A DNA stretch of 32,000 bases from Candidatus Scalindua sp. (GCA_031316235.1 JALDRA010000001.1:1260001-1292000); one strand, 5' to 3'. Counted from the first letter of the stretch, positions 9,292 to 17,260 are shown. The notes: generated by a model not told the origin, from the sequence alone. Translations and numbers: made by a program.

Positions 9292-10347
9292 TCATTTTAA
9301 GGTTACCTTTGCCTGATCATTATTCACAGAATCCTCAACTATTTGCTGTACACGCCAGCAGTCGCATTTAGAGCATGTTTTGACCTTTTGATGGTTTCTT
9401 CTAAAATTATTAATTCTGTCTCCATGCCAGATATCATTTATATCTTCTTCCAAGACATTTCCAAATTTAGAATTTGGCAAGACACAGCAGGGAAGCATAT
9501 CTCCATCATGATTGATTAATGGATAATCCAGTAATCTTGTACAACATGAATCCATTCTGAGGAAATACTTAAAATGTTTATACAAAAAGCCCATGAATCC
9601 GGTAAAAAACTGATCCTGCAAACAATCTATTCTTACGTTATACTTTTTTCTCAGTCGGGAAAATTCTCTAAATACCTCCTTCTCTTTTTCTCTACCAGGC
9701 CGTTCAAGGCCATTATCAAAATACATATGCATGCGTAATACATTTATTCTGTGAATATTATTGTTTGCCCCCCACTCGATAACATCGTACACATCTTGCT
9801 CCCTATCTTTGAACAAGACAGTTTGAAAAGATATCTTTGGAGTATCTACTTCCATTTCTTCTTTCAGCGCACAAAACATCTTTATATTTTTTAAAACTTC
9901 TTTATCGCGATGTGCAATTTCATCAGTACTGTTTCCGTTAATACTTTCAAGAGAGAACGAAATAGTATCTAAACCTGACAAAATTATTTCTCTTATCTTT
10001 TTGTCACTATTTAACAACAATCCGTTTGACGTTATCTTGACAATCATTCCTTTTGCTTTGCAATACTTGATAGAATCTAATATTCTCGGGTGAGTCAGAG
10101 GTTCTCCCAAACCGACAAGACTTATCTCCTTTACGCCTTCGAGTCTGTCAATTATTTTTTTAAACGTTTCGTACTCTATATGTGTTTTTTCAATACCAAC
10201 ATGATGAATGGGACACATTTTACATGTCAGATTGCAGGCATTCGTAATATCAAGTTGAACAAAATAGGGAAACCGTGCTGGTTTGTGTAAAATCCTTTTC
10301 AGTACCATTAAGGGAAAAGGTTCAGGTTTAATATTACTTTTTACCAT
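9292..10347 (-). CDS. Radical SAM enzyme with SPASM-type C-terminal domain, paralog pair 3
   Basis: 351 aa ORF. It carries DITNACNLTCKMCP (CxxxCxxC), and CTRLLDYPLINHDGDMLPC fits CX12GX4C. The terminal motif is CSKCDC. Confidence 0.85.
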   Translation of the reverse strand: MVKSNIKPEPFPLMVLKRILHKPARFPYFVQLDITNACNLTCKMCPIHHVGIEKTHIEYETFKKIIDRLEGVKEISLVGLGEPLTHPRILDSIKYCKAKGMIVKITSNGLLLNSDKKIREIILSGLDTISFSLESINGNSTDEIAHRDKEVLKNIKMFCALKEEMEVDTPKISFQTVLFKDREQDVYDVIEWGANNNIHRINVLRMHMYFDNGLERPGREKEKEVFREFSRLRKKYNVRIDCLQDQFFTGFMGFLYKHFKYFLRMDSCCTRLLDYPLINHDGDMLPCCVLPNSKFGNVLEEDINDIWHGDRINNFRRNHQKVKTCSKCDCWRVQQIVEDSVNNDQAKVTLK

Positions 10348-10368
10348 AACTGTTTTCGTTTTTTATTC

Positions 10369-11388
10369 CTAGTTCAATTCAATCTGTCTTAATCGTGCAA
10401 AATCACATCCTGAACACCAGGGAGTTTTATAATAGTTTTTTCTGAAAATTTTATATTTAGCGCTCTTCCAGATCTGTTTTAAATCTTCACCACACAAATT
10501 TCCCATCCTATTGTCAACCAAGGCACAGCATGGATTCACATACCCCTCTACATTGATATACACAAAATCGTGTAGCCTGATACAGTGCCTGTCCATCCCT
10601 AATAGACGTTTAAAGTGTTTATACAAAATTCCATTTATTCCTGTGTATACCCTATCCTGAATACAGTCTATTCTTATATTATGTTGCTTCCGATACTGGT
10701 CAAACTTACGAAAGATCGCTTTCTCTTCCCGTACAGTTGGTCTCTCAACATTTGTTAATGTATTATGCTTTTCAAAACGGGCAACATTCACTCTGTCAAT
10801 ACCATTTAAAGCCCCCCATTCGATAATATCGAAAATGTCTCTTTCCCTACTCTTTATCATTAGTGTTTGGAGGGTTATCTTAGGAACTTTAGAGTTCAAC
10901 TCTTTCTTAAGCTCAACCAATCTTTTTATGTTCTCCAAGGCAGATTGATTCGGATGCGCTATATCGTTCACCTCTTCAATACTTTCCAGAGAAAATGTTA
11001 CTAAATCTAAGTCTGAAGTGATGAGATCCTTTATTTTTCTATCTGGTTTCAGGAGCATTCCATTTGAAGTTAATTGGGTTTCAAACCCTTTCTCCTTACA
11101 GTACCTTATGGCATCTAAGATTTTAGGATGTAACAATGGTTCACCATACCCACAAAGTGATACCGTATCAACACCTTCAATCTTATCGATAATTTGTTTA
11201 AATAATTCAATATCCATGTGCTTATAATCAAGTTTAATAAAATGCTTAAAACACATAGTACAATCCAGGTTACACAGGTTGGTTATCGCTATTTGTGCAC
11301 TTCTTGGAAATTCTGCCGGAATATTTAATGCTGTCTTTAGTATTTTTTTTGTGATACTTTTATTCATCGTATGTATTATGGTTGTCAA
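10369..11388 (-). CDS. Radical SAM enzyme with SPASM-type C-terminal domain, tandem paralog of 9292..10347
   Basis: 339 aa ORF. It carries AITNLCNLDCTMCF, and CIRLHDFVYINVEGYVNPC fits CX12GX4C. The terminal motif is CSGCDF. It is collinear with 9292..10347 (GEPL-HP-ILD-I-YCK-KG, ITSNG/LTSNG, DVIEWGA/DIIEWGA). Confidence 0.85.
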   Translation of the reverse strand: MTTIIHTMNKSITKKILKTALNIPAEFPRSAQIAITNLCNLDCTMCFKHFIKLDYKHMDIELFKQIIDKIEGVDTVSLCGYGEPLLHPKILDAIRYCKEKGFETQLTSNGMLLKPDRKIKDLITSDLDLVTFSLESIEEVNDIAHPNQSALENIKRLVELKKELNSKVPKITLQTLMIKSRERDIFDIIEWGALNGIDRVNVARFEKHNTLTNVERPTVREEKAIFRKFDQYRKQHNIRIDCIQDRVYTGINGILYKHFKRLLGMDRHCIRLHDFVYINVEGYVNPCCALVDNRMGNLCGEDLKQIWKSAKYKIFRKNYYKTPWCSGCDFARLRQIELN

Positions 11389-11402
11389 GCCATGAACACT
11401 AT

Positions 11403-12455
11403 TTAAGGTGTAGCCAGTGATGGTTTTTTGAAACGTTCAGCTTTTTTATCTATCTTCTCTATATCATGAAGTTTGCTAACGGCCAGTCTGATCGTTTCCT
11501 TCCAGTCAGTAATCGTATACCCAAGTTCCCTTTGCGCCAATTCAGAAGTATAAAATAGATTCTTAGTGACCATCATTGCCACAATTTTGCTAATGTCTGT
11601 ATCTTGTTTTACAATTACAGAAAATATTTCAACCATTAAACCAAGCAAGAGCAAGAGCGTTTTAGGCAAACGAATATTAGGCGCTTTTCCTGAAGAGGCA
11701 GAAGCAATCTCACCAAGATATTGTTTATATGTTATATTACATCCGCCCAAAATATATCTCTTACCGCATAGACCCTTTTCATAACACTGTACCAATCCTC
11801 TCACGAGATCATTTACATTGGTAAGACACAGCCCTCCGGGGGGGAACACCTTCAGTTTTCCTTTTGCAATACTCATGAAGGTACGAAACTGATCGTTTTT
11901 CATACCATGGGCACCTACAGTGCTACAGGGAATTGCAACAACTGCATCCAAACCATTTCGAACCTCTTTGAGTACCTCTTTCTCTCCTCTATATTTTGAA
12001 ATGGCATAGGGATCGTAATAAGCGTTAAAGGTATATGTTTCGTCTGCTATTTTATCATTATCCGGATAACCAACTGCGCTTGATGAACTGACATGAATAA
12101 GACGCAACCCACCAACTCTTCTTGCCACTTTAGCAATAGTCCTGGCCGCTCTAATATTGATAACATCTCTCATATGTTGATATCTCTTTAATGATGATCC
12201 ACAGACAGCAAGGTTATAAACCACCTCACATCCTTCCATTGCATTTTCGAGGCTTGTCTCAACCGTCTCTTTATCTGATAAGTCTCCCAGTACTGATTTC
12301 CAGGACAACCCAATCAAGTTTTTTAAGTCTGAACTCTTCCTGTGATAGATAACAACCTCATTTCCTTTCTCTCTTAAATATCGAACAAGATTGCTGCCGA
12401 TAAATCCTGTCCCACCTATGACTAACGCCCTATTTGTCTTCTCTGAATTTTCCAT
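11403..12455 (-). CDS. NAD(P)-dependent epimerase/dehydratase, extended SDR family
   Basis: 350 aa ORF with the N-terminal dinucleotide motif VIGGTGFIGSNLVRYL and the catalytic YAISKYRGE (YxxxK). Confidence 0.85.
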   Translation of the reverse strand: MENSEKTNRALVIGGTGFIGSNLVRYLREKGNEVVIYHRKSSDLKNLIGLSWKSVLGDLSDKETVETSLENAMEGCEVVYNLAVCGSSLKRYQHMRDVINIRAARTIAKVARRVGGLRLIHVSSSSAVGYPDNDKIADETYTFNAYYDPYAISKYRGEKEVLKEVRNGLDAVVAIPCSTVGAHGMKNDQFRTFMSIAKGKLKVFPPGGLCLTNVNDLVRGLVQCYEKGLCGKRYILGGCNITYKQYLGEIASASSGKAPNIRLPKTLLLLLGLMVEIFSVIVKQDTDISKIVAMMVTKNLFYTSELAQRELGYTITDWKETIRLAVSKLHDIEKIDKKAERFKKPSLATP

Positions 12456-12466
12456 AATAAATTAAA

Positions 12467-13480
12467 TCAATTCGTATTCCCATTGTTCAGTAGAGAAACT
12501 CCGGTCTCTGAGAACTTAAAATCCAGAAATTTTAAGTTCTCATCCGCCATCACCCCTCGGAGTTCTTCCTGTCTCTCTTCATTACAGTAAAAGACAAAAT
12601 ACCCTCCTCCACCTGCCCCGGTTATCTTACCTCCCAGGGCACCATGTTTAAGGGCAATATCATAGACACGATCAAGAAAGTCACTCGTAATTCCTCTGCA
12701 CATTTCCTTCTTATATTTCCAGGCCACATCCAGTAATGTCCCAAACAATTCCAGATCACCCAGCTCCAGAGCTCTCTTGATGTCGTAGGCGTTATCCTTT
12801 ACCCTGGCCATGGCAGTAATGATCGATGATCCATCCCTCTTTGTCGAATCATCCTGTTTCTGCAATATCGTTGTGGCTTCTCTGGTTCGACCGGTAAAAA
12901 ACAGCAACAAATTCTTTTCCAGTCTTGTTTTTACGTCTGGTTCAATTGATATCGGGGTAACGGAAACCCTGTTTTCGTAAAATTCCATAAAGTTCAAGCC
13001 GCCGTACGCAGCAGCATATTCGTCCTGTTTTCCAATCGGAAGGTTCAGTATTTCTCTTTGTATGAAATACGCGTCTTCAGCAATCTGGCGTTGAGTAAGG
13101 GTTTCATTCTTCAGCCTGGAACAGAGGTGAACCATATTCACCGTTACCGCGCCTGAAGACCCGAGCCCGCTTCCGGGAGGAACTTCAGATGCGGTAAAGA
13201 GATCAAATCCGTGATAAAGTCTATAATGCTTAATCACAGCACTGGGGATATCAAAACCTTCACCGAATTTCAGACTGTAAAAATCATCCACAGAAAGAAG
13301 TGACTGAAAGTCAGAAGAGATCATCTGAATCTTTTCATCTTCACGCGGTTTATAGAAACTGTAAAAATACTTGTTGATCGTAATGCTTACGACAGCACCG
13401 CCATGTTTTTCATAAAACCCCGGCATATCAGTGCCACCGCCACCAAAGCTGATCCGGACCGGTGTTCGGGTAATAATCAT
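12467..13480 (-). CDS. GHMP-superfamily sugar kinase, COG2605 / HddA-like (D-glycero-D-manno-heptose-7-phosphate kinase or fucokinase-type)
   Basis: GHMP motif EVPPGSGLGSSGAVTVNMV, QDEYAAAYGG, the C-terminal GKITGAGGGGYFVF, and an N-terminus MIITRTPVRISFGGGGTD typical of this family. The ORF track extends the gene to a TTG at 13537. The ATG at 13480 is preferred because it matches the family N-terminus. Confidence 0.8.
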   Translation of the reverse strand: MIITRTPVRISFGGGGTDMPGFYEKHGGAVVSITINKYFYSFYKPREDEKIQMISSDFQSLLSVDDFYSLKFGEGFDIPSAVIKHYRLYHGFDLFTASEVPPGSGLGSSGAVTVNMVHLCSRLKNETLTQRQIAEDAYFIQREILNLPIGKQDEYAAAYGGLNFMEFYENRVSVTPISIEPDVKTRLEKNLLLFFTGRTREATTILQKQDDSTKRDGSSIITAMARVKDNAYDIKRALELGDLELFGTLLDVAWKYKKEMCRGITSDFLDRVYDIALKHGALGGKITGAGGGGYFVFYCNEERQEELRGVMADENLKFLDFKFSETGVSLLNNGNTN

Positions 13481-13617
13481 TTCGTTTAACTGTTCCCTAT
13501 AAATAGTATGTCCATCGTAAAGACGCCAGACACGCAAAGGTAAAACGATAGTAATAGAGAAGATTGGTTACAATGTCCAATACCCACAGATGGGATTAAA
13601 GAATTGGTAATACTCTT

Positions 13618-14358
13618 TTAAACTAAGCGCCATTTACAGTGAACTCTCTCATTATAATGCTGCTTTACGTAATCCTTAAATATCCTTAAACGCTCCGGAG
13701 TACCGATATCATAAAATCTTTCCTGTGTGACAAAACCGGCACACTCCTGTCCGGCTATATAGTCTGGGAAAATCTCCCGTTCAAGGGATACCTCTTTATC
13801 CGGAGGTATACTATCCAGAATATCTTTTTTCAGCGCCAGGACCCCGGCATCCACGTATTGGAGAACAGGGTTTCCTCTATTTTTATCATACCGCGTTACC
13901 ATCCCTCTGTTATCAAGAGATACATTATTCGGCACTGAAGTATCTACCCTGTTGTCGTACACAACCATCAGGACTTTTTTATCTACTTCAAAGAAACGCC
14001 TTTCTATTGATGAATAATTTACAGGCAGGAAAGAATCTCCGTATATAAGGTAGAAACAATTGTCTAAATGTTTTGCTGCATTTTTTAATGCACCGCCTGT
14101 ACCAAGCGGGTTTTCCTCAAAAGAATAGGTAATACTCATATCCCTGGACTGGCCGTCACCAAAGTGGCTTTGTATCTGTCCCCCCAGATAGCCGACGCAA
14201 AGCAGGATATCAGTTATCTTATACCTTTTCAGATACTGAAGCTGGTATTCAAGGTATGGTTTCCCAATAACCGGTATCATAGGCTTGGGAGTCTTCAGGG
14301 TTAATGGCCCGCATCTGGTTCCCAACCCGCCAGCCAGAATTACTGCTTGCAGTGTCAT
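13618..14358 (-). CDS. Sugar-1-phosphate nucleotidyltransferase (NTP_transferase family, HddC/RmlA-like)
   Basis: MTLQAVILAGGLGTRCGPLTLKTPKPMIPV carries the G-x-G-T-R pyrophosphorylase signature, and LGTGGAL and YGDSF follow. The track start at 14412 is a TTG that coincides with a predicted -35 box, so the ATG at 14358 is preferred. Confidence 0.8.
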   Translation of the reverse strand: MTLQAVILAGGLGTRCGPLTLKTPKPMIPVIGKPYLEYQLQYLKRYKITDILLCVGYLGGQIQSHFGDGQSRDMSITYSFEENPLGTGGALKNAAKHLDNCFYLIYGDSFLPVNYSSIERRFFEVDKKVLMVVYDNRVDTSVPNNVSLDNRGMVTRYDKNRGNPVLQYVDAGVLALKKDILDSIPPDKEVSLEREIFPDYIAGQECAGFVTQERFYDIGTPERLRIFKDYVKQHYNERVHCKWRLV

Positions 14359-14384
14359 AGAATAAATATAATTTATCAGTGAGA

Positions 14385-14412
14385 AATATATAACGTGTGC
14401 AGCTTCAGGCAA
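14385..14412 (-). promoter_or_regulatory. Candidate sigma-70-type promoter for the nucleotidyltransferase-to-DUF218 operon
   Basis: The minus strand reads TTGCCT (14412..14407), a 16-nt spacer, then TATATT (14390..14385). The -10 box ends 26 nt upstream of the ATG at 14358. Confidence 0.4.
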
Positions 14413-14415
14413 ATA

Positions 14416-14438
14416 CTTATCACTATGAATGTGATAAG
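14416..14438. promoter_or_regulatory. Perfect 8-bp inverted repeat (CTTATCAC-N7-GTGATAAG) directly upstream of the candidate -35 box; possible operator or activator site
   Basis: Read directly from the sequence: cttatcac tatgaat gtgataag. It abuts the -35 box at 14407-14412. Confidence 0.3.
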
Positions 14439-14882
14439 ATAAGGAAAGCTAAAATCATGCCGATATGTGATTTCGCAAGAGACGAAAAAGGCACATCCCG
14501 AACTTTCTATGTATAAATGACTTACACACATTGTTTATGAAGAAATAAATCGTGGGGAATATTTCACTTTCTCTGTACGTTATGCAGTATAATTTTTCAA
14601 CACAATGTGGAAAAATATTCCCTCATCCCTGAAAGAAGGATTTGTGCAAAAAGACCTATGGAAAATGATGGTATCCAAACAAGGGCTCAAAGGAAAGAAA
14701 TTACAGCAAGAATAGGCAATGGGGCAACATGCGGAGTTAATTCTATTTCTTTGCAGTTTAAAGTAATGAACCAGTTGATTTATTTGACTAGATTTTGTTG
14801 GCAATTTGAACTGTTTATAGACGATGAAGAGATTTTGGTATTGAAAGGGCATACCTTTCTGATTTTGTTTAAGTAACGATTT

Positions 14883-16970
14883 TTACCAGAGAGCTTTGAT
14901 CTGTTCTAGATTCATCATTGCGTCTTCATTCTCCGGATCCAGTTCCAAGGCTTTTTGAAAACACAATGATGCCTTTTCATTATTCCCCTGCCTGGAATAG
15001 ACGAACCCCAGATTGTTCAATACCATGGGACTACCGGGTTTAAGCTTGAGAATGTTAACGAATATTCCTTCTGCCTCTTTGAACTTATCCTGGTGGCAAT
15101 AAGCTTCGCCAAGTTTACCCAGCAAGTCTATTCTGTATGTTGTTGAAACCATTTGTTTTTCAATAATCCTGTTGTAAAATCTGAAGAGAAGCCTGTAATT
15201 ACCTGACCGGATTAAGCACTCACCCAGTATCAGCAAGTGTTCTATTTTATAGGGGTCTTTTGCCAACAGCTGTTTTGAAATCTCCAGAGTAGAATCCCAA
15301 TCTTGAGGATCAAGATTATCTAAAGCCACGTTTTCCTTTGAATTTATCTCTATTCTTTTCTGTATGGATTTATTATTGGTTTTTTCAAAAAATGACATTA
15401 ATTTTGTTAATTCCTCATCTGCCCTAAACAGAGGATACCCTTTTAGGTTTTCATCCCTTGCATAACATACCCCACTCAATTTTTCGAAATCTTTAATATC
15501 TCCTCTCCCATCGGATAAGACTATTATCTCAGGAAACCCTGATTTAAAGACATTCTCTCTCTGTTTTATTATTTTAAAATTCTTAAATTTATAAATCGAA
15601 TTCAAAAAATCAAGCAAAGCGGGATTTGATCTATTGTAAATTTCCAGGTAGTCTTCTGCATATAAGCAAATTCCGGGTTCAAGGCAAAATGTGTCCATTT
15701 CTGAATAAAGATATAGGTACGGACTCCAACCGCAAATGAGAATTTTATCATCAGGATTGGAGCTATTTTTTATATATTTTGCAATCTTAATTGGATTTTC
15801 ATAATTTACTTTTGTAAACTCTTCACCATAAAACTTTTTGAGAAAACCGTACGGGTCTTTATGGGGAATGTAGAATTTATAATCAATGCAGACGGCATAG
15901 AAAAACAGACCGAAAACCACTAGGGTACTACACCATTGTATGATATTAAAATGAGGCAAAACATTTAAAGTAGAAACCATTTCACTCAGGCTATAACTAG
16001 CCAGAATGACAAACCATGGTACCATATAGAGCCAGTAATGAGGAAAAAATGTTCCTCGCATAAAGACCATCCAAACAGATGCAATGAGGCATGCAAACAG
16101 TCCACAATAAATGATTGAAAAGCTATTATTAATAAAAGTAATTAATGTAATAATGGTAAGAAACATTAAGGGAAACATAGATGAAGAATTTTTCAAAATA
16201 ATCTTTTTTTTTGCTTTCTTGTGTATCTCTCCCCTTACGAAACCTCTTGGATAAAATTTATTATATTTCTTTGGATTGATAGCAGAGGGAAACATCATTA
16301 ACCAGTTGCAGGCTAGATATTCCCAAAAAGCTCCTCTCTTCAAATAATAAATGAGCGGTATAAGATTAGAAACGAAGACACCTCCACCAAAGATAAAGAA
16401 CGAAGTCAAGGTACTGTTTAGTCCCATCATTATGAGAAGATATCCGGGTAGATAGAGGACAGCTGTTTGCTTGACCAGAATTGAATAACCAAAAAAGAGA
16501 CCCGATAGGGCAATGAGAAGATGGCTGTCAGTCTTGGATGACTGGAGGATTAAACAGAGACTGGCAAGTAAAGGTAGGGCTAAAATCGTTTCAAAAGGCC
16601 CCCAATTCCCGTCAATACGTGGGTTTACTATATAGAGAGCATAGAGTATTCCCGCTATCATCGCAGCTGAAAGGCCACATAAATCATAGACTATCCAGTA
16701 TACAATAAATGCAGAGAGAGAGCACCATAAGCACATTAGCCTGTTGTAATATTTATTCTCTTTTCCAACAAAGAATTGCAGCACTATTAAATGTAAATAA
16801 TGCCCTATTGTGTAAACAGGAATATCTTTAAAGAAGGTAATTTTTCTTTTCAACACCTGATCTACATAATATGAACTTCCTGCCTGATCCTGTCCATATG
16901 GAGTTTTAAGGAAAGGTATCCAGGTGATAATACCAAAAGCAAAGATTAAGATACTGGTATAATATTCCAT
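14883..16970 (-). CDS. Polytopic GT-C-fold glycosyltransferase (ArnT/PMT-like) with a C-terminal TPR domain
   Basis: 695 aa ORF. The N-terminal 370 aa or so has many hydrophobic helices (ILIFAFGIITWIPF, LSAFIVYWIVYDLCGLSAAMIAGILYALYIV, LALPLLASLCLIL, FFIFGGGVFVSNLIPLIYY, PLMFLTIITLITFI, WLYMVPWFVILASY, LVVFGLFFYAVCI). An acidic first loop (YGQDQAGSSYYVDQ) is present. The C-terminus has TPR-like repeats (EAYCHQDKFKEAEGIFVNILKLKPGSPMVLNNLGFVYSRQGNNEKASLCFQKALELDPENEDA). Confidence 0.7.
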   Translation of the reverse strand: MEYYTSILIFAFGIITWIPFLKTPYGQDQAGSSYYVDQVLKRKITFFKDIPVYTIGHYLHLIVLQFFVGKENKYYNRLMCLWCSLSAFIVYWIVYDLCGLSAAMIAGILYALYIVNPRIDGNWGPFETILALPLLASLCLILQSSKTDSHLLIALSGLFFGYSILVKQTAVLYLPGYLLIMMGLNSTLTSFFIFGGGVFVSNLIPLIYYLKRGAFWEYLACNWLMMFPSAINPKKYNKFYPRGFVRGEIHKKAKKKIILKNSSSMFPLMFLTIITLITFINNSFSIIYCGLFACLIASVWMVFMRGTFFPHYWLYMVPWFVILASYSLSEMVSTLNVLPHFNIIQWCSTLVVFGLFFYAVCIDYKFYIPHKDPYGFLKKFYGEEFTKVNYENPIKIAKYIKNSSNPDDKILICGWSPYLYLYSEMDTFCLEPGICLYAEDYLEIYNRSNPALLDFLNSIYKFKNFKIIKQRENVFKSGFPEIIVLSDGRGDIKDFEKLSGVCYARDENLKGYPLFRADEELTKLMSFFEKTNNKSIQKRIEINSKENVALDNLDPQDWDSTLEISKQLLAKDPYKIEHLLILGECLIRSGNYRLLFRFYNRIIEKQMVSTTYRIDLLGKLGEAYCHQDKFKEAEGIFVNILKLKPGSPMVLNNLGFVYSRQGNNEKASLCFQKALELDPENEDAMMNLEQIKALW

Positions 16971-17260
16971 AACAGACTATTAGAAAATTTAACTCATCGA
17001 GGAATTGCAGAGACAGAAGAGGCATGTGTAACGCCTCGATTAAGGGAAAAGTCTTTTCCTGCGCAGGATTTTCAGATATATCCATAAGGCCGGCGATTAC
17101 CATTACAGAATGGATGTCAAATATCTTTTCCAGGCTTCCGGGTTTAAAAAGCTAAAAACATGCCAAACAAATAACCGTTACTCAAGTTGTTTCCCGGGGC
17201 AAGTGCATCTGATCCTGTTTTTTTACACGTGATTATCATTTCAACACTTTGCAGTTAAAA

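Noticed and set aside
679-10290. Many 60-166 aa ORFs nested inside or antisense to the large minus-strand genes (for example 792..1292, 965..1213, 2435..2824, 5306..5731, 8774..9163, 10090..10290)
   Set aside because: Each is fully overlapped by a longer ORF with clear family motifs. They have low-complexity, F/L/S/I-rich shadow-frame composition and no recognisable domains.
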